The position numbers and the translations under genes were made by a program. A stretch of 64,000 nucleotides of DNA from Andalucia godoyi And28 (Eukaryota > Protista > Jakobida): the NCBI GenBank assembly GCA_009859145.1, contig VRVR01000062.1, positions 62,001 through 126,000 on the forward strand, given 5' to 3'. Shown piece after piece: positions 29,829 to 40,505 of the stretch (its first letter is position 1; each line of letters begins with the position of its first letter). A model generated the notes under the pieces. The model was not told where the DNA came from. It did not search any database and worked only from the letters and a program-made list of their open reading frames with translations.

Positions 29829-31907
29829 ATGGATGTTGTAGTGTCTACTCCGGCTACGACGCTTCATGAAGTGTTTCTGGCGGTCCCAACGTCGCTTTTG
29901 GTAGACTATTCTGCAATTCTGCATCCGTTGCCTCTTCCTTCACAGCCGCCACTGTCTTCGTTGTCATCGTCGGCGTCGTCATCGTCGTTATCGCCGACGA
30001 CAACCTCCACTTCTGCGGGCTCGGCACCCTCTGTCAGCAGCAGCAGCAGCAGCAGCACGACGACGACGACGACGACTGGTCGTTCGTCATCATCGGCACC
30101 GCTGAATGGAGGTTCCGGAAACATCAGCAGTGCATTGCCCTCGTCCACATCACCGGCAGCAACGTCTTCAACCGTGCCGACGCTGACACCGCCACTGACG
30201 CCGACACTGACGCCGCTGTCAGTGTCTCTTGGATTCGCATCGTCGCGAGATACACTGCTGCCGACGTGGCCGCATCTTGCTTGTGCGCTTGAATCCCTTC
30301 CAATCGAGTCCTTTGGCACGCTTTCGCATCTCCGCCCTTTTGATGCGCTCAATCCCCCGCACATCCCTACATACAACCGACGACCGTTCTTCAGAGTAGA
30401 GTTTGCACTCTCGTATTCATCATCGCCGTTGTCGTCATCCGCGTCGTCGTCCATTTCAGGATCGAATGGCAGCGGAAATGAAAATGACGATGGATCGATC
30501 GGAGATAAGACTGGCATGAACGGAGGCGCGTCGTACATTGGAGGAGTGCCGGTTGTCGACGCGATCGATGTGCACATGGGGGTGTTTTACGGAACGCCAA
30601 TGCCGGATAATGAAGGCGAGTCGCTTTTGAGGCATGTTGTGCATCACAACCCGACGTCAAAGCCGTTCATTCAGCCGCTTGCATTCTCCAAGCCTTCGCA
30701 CCACGGAGTTTCTGGCGGTGTGGGAATGGGCAACAGCGGGCGCGCAGACCAGGGGCCGAATGTTGCTTCCTTGCTGGCAGCTTCACAGGCAATTTTGGAA
30801 GATCGGTTATGCGCAATTCCAATTTCCGCACCGGCAACCGCTATATCGTCATCGTCTGTTTCCGGGACGACGATGACCACTACTACCACGACGACTACTG
30901 CGACTGGGATTTCCACATCGTCTGCCGTGCCTGGCAGTGGAAGTGGATTGACGACTGCCACGCAGATTGTTCAGATTACGACGCCGCCCATTTCATTTGC
31001 AATCAATTCGACGGGACATTGGGGAAAACTGAACAGGCATGGCGCTCCAACTCCGCTTCACGTGGTGATGTTGGTCAGTGATGCACGCACTGGGGCTGTT
31101 CTTGGTGTGTGGGTTTCTCCGCGCGTGCTGCTCTATGCATCCAACAAGTCAGCGGGCCGCGTGCAGCGACAGCTTTTGTGCCGCCGTGAGCGCCGAAAGA
31201 GAGGTCGAGGCATGACAATGACGGATGGGGAAGAGGACGAGTCTCATGGTGTAGAGGAAGAGACCGAAGGAGACGACCAAGATGTGGATGGCTCCGGTCG
31301 CTCTGGCTCCATGAACTTGGGCATGAACATGGGCATGGGAATAGGGATGCTTGGCATGCAAAGTGTTTCGGCGACGACGTCATCTGCAATCCCGCAGCCA
31401 ATAAATGCGGCTTCGGGAGGATCGACATCCAACGCAATCCCCAGTACGTCCTCGGTACCATCTTCGTCGATTCCGAACAATGCTACCTCCTCTGCAATTC
31501 CTTCTGTGTCGTCGGTGTCATCGAAGGCTCCTTCATCGACAGCTGGATCAGTCAAGGGAGCTGGAAGCCAAGGGGTGCCTGCGGGTAGCACCGGTGGTTC
31601 TGCCGCGGGGCGCTCTGCCGCTGCGAATGCAAGTGGAAACAAGCGCGCGCGTGGTATGCATCAGCAGCACCAACAACATCATCTGCATATGCATGAAGAA
31701 GATGGCGATACAGCAAATCCAGAGGACCACATTGGACACCACCACCATCATCATCTGGATGACGAGCATTTGCATTTGGTGCACCGACACGATGACGACC
31801 ACCTCGGCCAAGACCATGAAGAAGGGGACAACGAGGAGGATGCGGATGCGCCGCACCAAGACGAGGACGCAGAAGGCCTCGAAGTTCCTGCGGTTCAGCG
31901 CGAATAA
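29829..31907 (+). CDS. Low-complexity protein with interspersed beta-rich blocks and a basic NLS-like stretch; putative transcription factor
   Basis: Long ORF. Hydrophobic blocks (PFFRVEFAL, IDVHMGVFYG, ISFAINSTGH, LHVVMLVSD, LGVWVSPRVLLYA) are separated by Ser/Thr runs, then RRERRKR and a His/Asp-rich tail. Function is inferred. Confidence 0.7.
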   Translation: MDVVVSTPATTLHEVFLAVPTSLLVDYSAILHPLPLPSQPPLSSLSSSASSSSLSPTTTSTSAGSAPSVSSSSSSSTTTTTTTGRSSSSAPLNGGSGNISSALPSSTSPAATSSTVPTLTPPLTPTLTPLSVSLGFASSRDTLLPTWPHLACALESLPIESFGTLSHLRPFDALNPPHIPTYNRRPFFRVEFALSYSSSPLSSSASSSISGSNGSGNENDDGSIGDKTGMNGGASYIGGVPVVDAIDVHMGVFYGTPMPDNEGESLLRHVVHHNPTSKPFIQPLAFSKPSHHGVSGGVGMGNSGRADQGPNVASLLAASQAILEDRLCAIPISAPATAISSSSVSGTTMTTTTTTTTATGISTSSAVPGSGSGLTTATQIVQITTPPISFAINSTGHWGKLNRHGAPTPLHVVMLVSDARTGAVLGVWVSPRVLLYASNKSAGRVQRQLLCRRERRKRGRGMTMTDGEEDESHGVEEETEGDDQDVDGSGRSGSMNLGMNMGMGIGMLGMQSVSATTSSAIPQPINAASGGSTSNAIPSTSSVPSSSIPNNATSSAIPSVSSVSSKAPSSTAGSVKGAGSQGVPAGSTGGSAAGRSAAANASGNKRARGMHQQHQQHHLHMHEEDGDTANPEDHIGHHHHHHLDDEHLHLVHRHDDDHLGQDHEEGDNEEDADAPHQDEDAEGLEVPAVQRE

Positions 31908-32315
31908 GTCCGCGACACAGCGAGGCAAAAGACGTACTATTTAAAAAAATGAAAACAAAACAAAACAAAAACTACTCGATCGACTCGTCTTGTTTTTCTG
32001 AACCTGCCCCGGATCCCCATTAAAGAATAGGCTGTATACATTTATTTGTATGCACCGTTCCTCACAAAGACGACAACGAGCAACATGCATGAACGAACGC
32101 AAACAACAAAGCAAACGACATGAGAATCCGGGTTTGTTCGTTTAACGAAATTTTTCCAGACGCTAATTTTTTGGGATGTAGGCATATGAAGCCTCGAAAA
32201 TGCGGAAAGCTGCAGCAGCACAGGCGAAAAATGATAATAATAATATTGTAGAATATAGAAAACCGACAACAGCAAGCAATCAAACAAATATGAACATGTG
32301 CAACCGTTCCTGTGC

Positions 32316-32870
32316 TCATGGCGATCCATTGGCAGGTGATTTGGGCCTGTCTTGCGAGGCAGGAATGGTTGGCTGGCTAGGAATGGTCATACTGACCGAT
32401 GCGATGGTCCGGTTGAGATTGAGGAAGAATCGTTGACGGATTCGATCTTCGGCTCTGCATAACTCGGACCATTCGTCTCTGTGATTTGCCAACGTTGCGG
32501 ATAAGTCTCTGACATTCGATCGCATTGTCTCGGCGCCAGACGATGCTCGAGCCAGCCGGTTGTCCACAGCTGACATGTCCCGGATCATGGCGTCCACCTT
32601 TACTCTTTGCTCCACCATTTGCTTTTCAAAGGACTCGCAAGAAACATCGTGCGTTTCAAGCAGCATGTCGCGCAATGCGTACTGCTGCACCAGGGTGGAC
32701 ACGGAATTTCTCTGAATGTGCGTGGGAAACGCGTGGTTGAGACTCAGAGACTGGTTGCTCATGTGCGGATGTCGGCTGCGAACGGACCCGTTGGTCGTGC
32801 TTGTGTCGGAGCGACTGTCAGACCAGTATGCCATTTCTGGCCCCTCGGATCCTGAAACACTCGATGACAT
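32316..32870 (-). CDS. Hypothetical protein with central coiled coil
   Basis: 184-aa ORF from ATG with a heptad-like segment (FEKQMVEQRVKVDAMIRDMSAVDNRLARASSGAETMRSNVRDLSATL). No family recognised. Confidence 0.6.
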   Translation of the reverse strand: MSSSVSGSEGPEMAYWSDSRSDTSTTNGSVRSRHPHMSNQSLSLNHAFPTHIQRNSVSTLVQQYALRDMLLETHDVSCESFEKQMVEQRVKVDAMIRDMSAVDNRLARASSGAETMRSNVRDLSATLANHRDEWSELCRAEDRIRQRFFLNLNRTIASVSMTIPSQPTIPASQDRPKSPANGSP

Positions 32871-33322
32871 TCGTCTCCCTCCTCAAGACCTCCTCTGCGT
32901 GGCGGTGTCCTATCTTGACAAGGCGAGGTTTCTCTTTTGTGGAGGAAGTTGGCTTGCAGGAGAAATGAGGATGCCGGATGAGCCGCAGCTCGGATTGGGA
33001 AATATTCCCGAGCTTTTTTAAATTTTTATTTTACGTTTTTGATGCCTGCGAGCTTGGAGAAATCTGCCCGCAACCGCTTGCTGGGTTGCGAATCCCGTAG
33101 CAACAGATTGCTCCACGGCACGTGCCGCGTGTGTCATGAGGAATTCTAATGGAGGATGGGGGAAGGTGTGAGTGGCTCGTATCACATCATGCCAGCTCAC
33201 GTTTTTTTTATTATTACATACTCTACACGTTGAGCATCTACAACGAACTGCTGCCAAGCGTACAATATGATGTGGCAACGTGAAGCCCGGGTCGAACTGG
33301 TCATCGCTGGGGATGGCGTTGT

Positions 33323-34194
33323 TCACGAATGGCCAAAGCAGCGCTGCCAAAACGGACGTGCGTCATTCTCCGATTGGATTGTGAGGTCAGCCAGGAAACA
33401 CATGGGGTCAGGACACCTTTGCAGCCACTCACATCGCTCGGAATACTTGCACGTTCCCGGATAGTCACCGACCCAGTGTTGCATATCCCACATTGCTTGG
33501 AAATGCACGTGGGGAGACCAACCGCCGTTGACGCCCGCGTCCCCAACACTGGCGATCTGTTCTCCGCACTGCACTACCTTTCCGACGAATTTGTCCTCAA
33601 GCGAATCCAGCGACAGGTGGCCGTAAAGTGTGTAGAACGTCGTACGGCCAACCGAGTGGGACAGCACAATCGTCGGCCCATAGTCTCCTGCATTTGCATT
33701 GTTGGCAAACGAATGCACAACACCATCCAATGGCGCATACACCTTCGATCCAGACGCACAAAACACATCGATCCCCAAGTGGAAGTCACGCGGCTCTACG
33801 TAGTGCGGATGCAACAAGCACAAAAACAACGGCCGATGCAACATAGAAATCAGCAAGTCGTGTGAGACAGAATGGGATGGGACAGAGTTAGGATCCAGGA
33901 CAAAAGAACAAGCGAACAAGAGCGGTGTGTCTGCATACCTTGGGTGTTGTTGGTGAACAACGGGGTTGCGTAGATGCCTGGTCTGTGTTCTCCGTATCCG
34001 CCAATCGCATATGCATACACCGGAAATACGGACTGCTCCAGCAGGTGTGTAAAGCAATCGAGTCGGAGCAGCGACACAGGGAATTGAGACAGCGAAATGC
34101 TGATCGCCGGTTTGTTCTCCGCGTCTACAATGCATCGAAGCCTCGAGCTGTGTTTCACCAACACCGACAAATCCCTGGCCGTATGCTCAGTCAT
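33323..34194 (-). CDS. Bacterial-type M23 family Zn metallopeptidase, two exons (34194-33939 and 33795-33323; 242 aa)
   Basis: Exon 1 ends YAIGGYGEHRPGIYATPLFTNNTQ. Exon 2 gives EPRDFHLGIDVF (HxxxD), VYAPLDGVVHSFANNANAGDYGPTIVLSH, FYTLYGHLS, NGGWSPHVHFQ (HxH) and GDYPG...CPDP. The two halves lie in different frames and are joined by a GT-AG intron. Confidence 0.9.
33796..33938 (-). other. Spliceosomal intron (143 nt) in the M23 peptidase gene
   Basis: Donor CAAG|GTATGC and acceptor TACGTAG|AGCCG. Splicing restores the frame (G+AG = Glu). The length is not a multiple of 3 and the unspliced frame stops at 33850. The interior is pyrimidine-rich. Confidence 0.85.
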
Positions 34195-34498
34195 CTCTTT
34201 TTTCCCTCTCGTGCCAGAAAAAGAACAGCAAATAGACAAACGAAAAGTGGAATTTAAAGCGACAACAGTACGAACTGCCAAGCAGGCGTATGTCGTATAG
34301 CTGCGGGACCGAAACAGCTATGACGACTCCAATAGCTGCCTCAACTGGTCAGCCTTCTCCGCATGCTGGATCTCCTTCAGATGGAGAGGCACGTTTGACT
34401 TGTTTCATTGTCCGTTGCTCTGCGATCCAGTGGTTGTCGGTGCGAAAGTAGCTTTTTTAAATTAACGAGCTGTGTTTGGTCCTGTGCGGGGCAGTGAG

Positions 34499-35500
34499 AT
34501 GACGGATCTTCTTGAGTTTCCAGAGCTTGAGAATTTGCAAGCACTTCGAAAGGAAGCACGGGGATATGAAGAGACGATTGCGGCGCTGACGACACTGTCG
34601 AAGCAAGAACCTTCGCCACCTGCGTTTGTCCCGTTCACGAGCGTCGCGTTTGTGCCCGGGCGTATCGTGCACCCGTACGAAGTGCTTTGTTTTGTAGGTG
34701 ATGACTACTTCTTGAAGAAGTCCATTCCGGGCGCCATCGAGCTTCTTGAGCGCCGAAGGGCAATTGCAAAGCAGCTCATTCAGCAGTCTGAGATGCAGAT
34801 TGAACAGCACTTCCGCCAGGCTGGTGTGCTTGGGTTCCCTGTCCACGATGCCCGCGCCAAGGAATACCATTCGTTACAGCCACAGCCACAGCCAAAGCCA
34901 GTGCCGCATCAGCATCAACATCCGCAACAGAAGACAGGAGAGCGACATCACGGGTCTGTTCGTGAAATTTCGGAAGGCGTGTTTGAGATATCCGAACCGT
35001 ATGACGGTCCGCCGATAGTGAAACCGATGCACAGAGATGACTTTGACGAGGAAGATGGCGAGGGCGACAGCCGTGAGAGCATCAGTGGCGATGAAGACGA
35101 GAACGCGTATTATGCAGAGGCGAGCCAAGCCTGGGTGCAGAGAACTCGCGAGCTTGCCTTGGAGCAGCAGGAGGAGCAGCAAGAGGAGGAACATGAGGTG
35201 GTGGAGGATCGCGAGCATGGATCCGGGATGGCTGCGCAGCCTGCTCCGCCCCGCAGAGTTCAAGAAAGAAATGAAGCTGCATCGACGACGGCTGCGTCGG
35301 CAGTGCAAGACCGACAGTCTGCAGGCAAGCCAAAAACAGTGGTTCCAACGCCGGCCGCAATTGCAAATGTCATGGAAATGAATGTCGATTTTGATGCGCT
35401 ATCCATGAGCAGTTTCATGGCACCGCAGCACCCCGCGCCTGGAACGGAGACTTCAGGACAGCGGAAAAGCAAGTTTGCCCAAGAACGCAACAAGCCATAA
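34499..35500 (+). CDS. URI1: Unconventional prefoldin RPB5 interactor (URI1/Bud27)
   Basis: Alpha-prefoldin domain AFVPFTSVAFVPGRIVHPYEVLCFVGDDYFLKKSIPGAIELLERR, acidic middle region and C-terminal box RKSKFAQER. Confidence 0.85.
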   Translation: MTDLLEFPELENLQALRKEARGYEETIAALTTLSKQEPSPPAFVPFTSVAFVPGRIVHPYEVLCFVGDDYFLKKSIPGAIELLERRRAIAKQLIQQSEMQIEQHFRQAGVLGFPVHDARAKEYHSLQPQPQPKPVPHQHQHPQQKTGERHHGSVREISEGVFEISEPYDGPPIVKPMHRDDFDEEDGEGDSRESISGDEDENAYYAEASQAWVQRTRELALEQQEEQQEEEHEVVEDREHGSGMAAQPAPPRRVQERNEAASTTAASAVQDRQSAGKPKTVVPTPAAIANVMEMNVDFDALSMSSFMAPQHPAPGTETSGQRKSKFAQERNKP

Positions 35501-35552
35501 GAATACATTATTTCTTTTTTTATGTCTGTATGTGTGTGTACATGTATGTATA

Positions 35553-35554
<2 letters not shown>

Positions 35555-35640
<86 letters not shown>
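35555..35640. repeat. (TG)n microsatellite, about 42 units with one interruption
   Basis: Read directly, between the convergent URI1 and BSD genes. Confidence 0.95.
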
Positions 35641-35642
<2 letters not shown>

Positions 35643-35705
35643 GCATATTAAATAAGCAACTAACAGTTCGCTCGACTCGGGGAAGCAGCCTGGACTGCTG
35701 ACAAC

Positions 35706-36872
35706 TCAGGACTCATCGTCGCCCCAGTCCCAAACGTCCTCGTCCTCTGGGTTCTTTTCCACTGCGGCACTCGATGACTCTGACGATTTGTGCAGTGCAT
35801 AGTGAGGCTCAACAGGAATCGAAGACGACCGCCTCACCACAACATCACTGTTCTCCAACTCGGGTTTCTTGAATTCCTCCACCTCTGCAGGCTCTACTAC
35901 TTCAAGAGAGGATGCAGGCGAACTCTCCACCGACTCGTCTTTTTCTCTCGTCTCTTTCTCACCACGCTCTTCAGCTTTCCCGCCCTTACCTTGTCCGTCC
36001 TGCTCTGCTTTCCTGTCTTGTTCTGCTGGAATCGATTGTAATTGCTGCTGCTGGACAAGACGAGCATTTTCCGACTCGAGCTCAAACACGCGATATTCAA
36101 GCTGCTGAATTCTCTGCAATGCCTCTCCAAGCTGCGACTTCAGACTATTCACAAGCGGATCCTCGCGATTCTCGAGTGAAAGCGACTCAATTTTCTCACT
36201 TGCACGATTCACATCCACTGCACTCTTGCTACTTGAATCTGCACCCGTTGCAGGCACCTCTCCTCCTCCTCCTCCTCCTTCGCCTTCTCGTCCGACCTCA
36301 TCATCATCCCCGTCGTCCCACTTGACTTCTTCGTCGTCATGGTGATGCTGATCCTGATGGACTCGCAGAGGAATTCGCTTCTTGCGCTCCGCATCAAACT
36401 GTTCCTTTCTCCGAAAGAACGAGCCCCAGAAATGCGCATACGGAATCTTTTCAGGAACAGCGCTTTCAAACCGGTCGCGCAACAACGGATAGGTCTCAAG
36501 CAAGCTCGTAATCTCGTCTGTCCGCTTCAGAATCTCCTCCGCCGACACCGGGTCCGAAGCGACCATCGCATACGTGCTCGCCTCTCCTAAGAACGCCTCG
36601 AATGCCGGGTCTCGAACCATAGCCCCAGCCCCCGTCGTGCTGGAATGATGAAGACTGGAGTTGATGCTAGAGTGAGAAGATGACGGCTCTCCCGCGGCAG
36701 CCGTCCCCAGCGTGAGCACCTCGGCGGTGAACTCCGAGATGTCCTTGGTGTACTCTTCCACGAGCGACTCGGTCGTTGACTTGATCGTCTCGAGAAACGA
36801 AAAGAAACTCGTTGCAGCTTCTTGGTCCGACGACGTCGGAACAGGCGACGAAAACCCCCACATTCCCTCCAT
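35706..36872 (-). CDS. BSD-domain protein (BSDC1-like) with coiled coil and acidic tail
   Basis: IKSTTESLVEEYTKDISEF and EITSLLETYPLLRDRFESAVPEKIPYAHFWGSFF..KEQFDAERKKR (BSD FW motif); ends WDWGDDES. Confidence 0.8.
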   Translation of the reverse strand: MEGMWGFSSPVPTSSDQEAATSFFSFLETIKSTTESLVEEYTKDISEFTAEVLTLGTAAAGEPSSSHSSINSSLHHSSTTGAGAMVRDPAFEAFLGEASTYAMVASDPVSAEEILKRTDEITSLLETYPLLRDRFESAVPEKIPYAHFWGSFFRRKEQFDAERKKRIPLRVHQDQHHHDDEEVKWDDGDDDEVGREGEGGGGGGEVPATGADSSSKSAVDVNRASEKIESLSLENREDPLVNSLKSQLGEALQRIQQLEYRVFELESENARLVQQQQLQSIPAEQDRKAEQDGQGKGGKAEERGEKETREKDESVESSPASSLEVVEPAEVEEFKKPELENSDVVVRRSSSIPVEPHYALHKSSESSSAAVEKNPEDEDVWDWGDDES

Positions 36873-37873
36873 CGTGCACAGAATACAGTGCACGGTCCTA
36901 TCCTAGCTCGTTTCAAAAAAAACAATTATAAAAATAATAAATAAAATGAATAAAGTTGTTCAAATAAAGCAAAAACTATATTACCATGCATAATTCATGA
37001 AGACGAGCCGAAAGCAGACGGAAAACTGAAACCCAAATGCCTGATACATTGGCAACACAAAGAAGCACTGGAAATGACCCGACAATGACCCGACAATGAC
37101 CCGTCGAGACTGCTCTGTACGACCGAACAACGTTTTCCCAAACGAATTGATTGTACAGCAGACACACTGCAGCTTGCAGGCTTTCCAGCAGCTTCTCCGT
37201 GCGTCCCACGCTGCTGCCTAGAGAACAGAACAGCAAAGCGCAAAGGGGAAGAGGACGTTGCACATTTGCGGAGAGTCCCGACTTTCCAGCTTCCACGCTC
37301 TGGAATTAAAAAAAAATAATAATAATAAAATTTATAATGTGTGGAATGGGGAGGGAAGCACAGGACGTGTCCCGAAAAGGAAGCGCGTGTGTGAGCAGCC
37401 GTGATGCTGGTGTGGGATGTGAAGGCTTGACATCGCACCACAGTCGGAGGTTGTGCTCGGACTTTGAAACCAGTCGATTGCCAGCAGGTTCGGCGGGCCG
37501 TCTTACAAGATGACGCTTCATGATTCCCGAAAGGGAAATTTTTGTTGTTGTTGCTGTTGTTGAATGTTGATGGCTTTGCGTGCGTCGGCCGAATGGCGAT
37601 TCTGCGCCTTTTTTGGGCTGCCGTGAGCGTTCATCAAGCAGAGAAGTAAAAACGCTGGCAAGCGCCTTGTCATTTTACTCCTTCTTGAAATAACATTGAC
37701 ATTGACTTTCGATAACAATTTCTCTCCCCAACAGTTAATAACAATTGGCTGATGTACTGAGATTCAGCAGCACGTTTTTTGCTTGATTTGCGCCAGTCTC
37801 CTAGCGCGTCTCCGTGTTTCATTCAAGTCTTCGTTTTCCTTGTTTGCTGGTTCATTGAACGGGAAGGAGGAGG

Positions 37874-38986
37874 ATGGGAGCGTGCGTGTCAGTTGAGCTG
37901 CCTCGAGAAATCCAAAGAAGGAAAGCCATGCAAGAACAGCAACAAGCAAGACTCGCTGCCAAGAAGCTTCGCCAGCAGCAGCAACAACAACAGCAACAGC
38001 AACAGCAGCAGCAGCGCGAACTACAAGAACAGAAGAGACTTGATGAGGTAGCAATACCATTTGCTGCTAACGACAGATCGTCGTCTTCGTTGTCGTCTTC
38101 GTCGAGTGATTCAGTGGAAGAAACTCCTCATGTACGCACGCGAGACGCAAAGGATCCGAACTGTGACGGTAATGGTTGTAGCGATCGGAAGACTGGCATG
38201 AGTCCTTCTCTGTCACTGGCAGCATCATCAGCATCAGCATCAGCATCAGCATCACCGTCACCGTCACCGTCGCCATCACCGTTGCCGTCGCCGTCGCCGA
38301 CACCGTCGTCACCCTCACATAATATATTGAAGATTGGAAAGAGCAATCCGTTTGCACCGGCGGTTGAACGGCGACTGCGAGAGAAAGCTCGATCGATTCG
38401 TCTGCGAAGTGTGATTGCGTCAGTGCGGGAATCCGATGTTGGGACCTTCCAGCTGAACCGCGGTGACAGGACGGTGATGCGAGGGCGAAAACCTTGCGAA
38501 CGGTTCATTCCGCCGCCGACTATGTGGGACAGCAGCTTTCCATACTCTTCATTTTCAGATCCAGGAAGACGGCCGGATACCGACGAGTCCCACTGTGGCA
38601 CCGAAGAATTTGGCGAGACCGTCGTGGCCGTTGGATATGAGAATGACATGGATGAGAATGATAACGAGAATGATTCGAGCGATAATGCGCAGTTTGGATC
38701 CAGATTTTCGAACTGCCGCTCTCCGCATTCCAGCTCAATTTTGAAACGGAAAGACACGTTTGACGTGCGCAATATGCGCAGTTTTCTCAGCGTCAAGAAA
38801 TCGTTTGACCATCGACCAGAGGGTGCGCTGAGTCCATCGAACAATGACACGGGCTTCTCGCGCCTGAGAGCTCGGCCGCATGGCCGCATGGTCTCATTCG
38901 CGGAAGAAATCTCAGTTTGGAGCTTTGATCGTGCGCGCGCTCGTGAGTCGAATCCCAACGTCTCGGTCGATGTCTTGGAGGGGTAG
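37874..38986 (+). CDS. Low-complexity protein with an N-terminal MGxCxS acylation motif and SILK plus RVxF PP1-docking motifs
   Basis: Starts MGACVS; has polyQ and Ser/Pro tracts; SSILKRK at 38732-38752 and RMVSFAEEISVWSF from 38885. Confidence 0.7.
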   Translation: MGACVSVELPREIQRRKAMQEQQQARLAAKKLRQQQQQQQQQQQQQQRELQEQKRLDEVAIPFAANDRSSSSLSSSSSDSVEETPHVRTRDAKDPNCDGNGCSDRKTGMSPSLSLAASSASASASASPSPSPSPSPLPSPSPTPSSPSHNILKIGKSNPFAPAVERRLREKARSIRLRSVIASVRESDVGTFQLNRGDRTVMRGRKPCERFIPPPTMWDSSFPYSSFSDPGRRPDTDESHCGTEEFGETVVAVGYENDMDENDNENDSSDNAQFGSRFSNCRSPHSSSILKRKDTFDVRNMRSFLSVKKSFDHRPEGALSPSNNDTGFSRLRARPHGRMVSFAEEISVWSFDRARARESNPNVSVDVLEG

Positions 38987-40350
38987 GGATCCTCTCCAAA
39001 AAAAAAAGCGTGGTCGCTTCGATAGACAGACGGATAAGCATGCAGACCGGCTGGGAGGCGGGGAAGATGCTGGTGATGATACCCTGCGTAGTGCGTCCTG
39101 GTGGCAGGGGTCTGCGGAAAGTTGTTTGTAACCAACGGCTTGCGGCGGACAGAAAAAATCGGCGAAGGAATCCACCAATCCGCTCACTCCGCAGGTTGGT
39201 CTGAGCAAACGGAGATGGGCTAACAGGAGACAGACCATATCGGAAAGCCATTCGCCATGCGGTGTTTCATCTGCTCGTGATTCTAGTTCCAAAATGCCGT
39301 TCCCGGAGCAAAGAGTTCCTTTGGCAGAACTCGTTCCGACGGTGTTTGCTTGGGCGAGTCACGGGTCACGCGCCAAACATCCGTTCGACTGTGTGCTGTT
39401 TCATGACCGTTCTGCACTGCTCGCGAGTGCGTCCAGGCATGCCGAATCCCATCTCGTGGAAAGGGGTGGACGAGGGCGTGCAAGGGCCTGCATATTGTCT
39501 GTGAGGGCAAATCCGGAGGTGGTGAGGACAATGGACTTAGTGATTAGGTGAAGCGGCACACCCTCACATCCATCACGTTGCACAACGCGATGTGGTGTGA
39601 GCAGACAAGCAGCCATGGTTAGCTCTTACTGCTCCGACACGCAATCATCGTTTGCTTCTACGGCTTCGCAAATGATGTTTGCATTCTCAGATGGATACGC
39701 GTGTCGAACCAGACAATAATGCTGCGAGGGTTGTTTTTGCCCCGTGAATGAGGACCGTTTAAAACTTTAAAACAGATTACAGATTTTCCTCTTCTCCTTC
39801 CCAAAAGGCATCCTCGCGAAAAAGTTCACGCTCAAAATTTTTAAATTTTAAATATACATAAGTATATGTAGAAAGTGAAGAGCATCTCCTAACTTAAACG
39901 CTTCTTCTTACCGTTTCCCCATTTGCAAGCGTCCGTTGTCTGGCAAGGTTGTTGTTGCTGCTTATTGTTGTCATCGTCCTCGGCATCACAGTTCTCGCCG
40001 TTCGTGTTCTCGGCCTTGTTCTGCTTCTTCTTTGGAAGTTTCATTCATTCATTCCCTTCTGCGTAGGAGCTCTGCTTCTGACATCTTTAAAAATTTACGC
40101 AGCTCCGTTTCCATCCCCGTTTCCCTTTTTTTTCCCTTTTCCCTTTCCAACACCTCCTTCCTCTTTCTCTTCCACTTCCTCCTCCTCCTCCTCCTCCTCT
40201 TCTTCTTCTGCTTTCTTGTCTGTGTCGCATTCATCACCCTCCTCATCCACCTCCTCATCCGCACCTTCCCACTCGTCAACACCGCTTGACCGCTGCCCTT
40301 CGAGCCTGGCATTGCTGACGTCGTTTCTTCCACAAGCACCGCTACAACTG

Positions 40351-40465
40351 ATGGAAAACAAAAGCAACCGGTTTGACGAACCCGAGCAGCAGCAGCAGCA
40401 ACAACAACAACTACAACTACTGCAACAACAACAACAACTACTGCAACAACAACAACAACTACTGC

Positions 40466-40505
<40 letters not shown>

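Noticed and set aside
36976-37718. Possible small spliced gene on the minus strand (AT-rich tract ending TTCCAG at about 37300)
   Set aside because: An acceptor-like site exists, but I could not build a credible exon chain or recognise a product.
38128-39135. 335-aa minus-strand ORF
   Set aside because: Mostly antisense to the 37874 gene, mirrors its repeats (GDGDGD) and has no recognisable domain.
38990-39620. Possible gene or pseudogene between the 37874 and 40351 genes (includes an EKIGEG kinase-like hexapeptide)
   Set aside because: No consistent frame, no further kinase motifs and no convincing splice pattern.
39949-40350. N-terminal extensions from TTG/GTG starts in the ORF track (also 1451, 7672, 8618, 25115, 43064, 46605, 58436, 62287, 62965)
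   Set aside because: Eukaryotic context; the extensions translate microsatellite or pyrimidine-rich UTR sequence, and homology begins at a downstream ATG.
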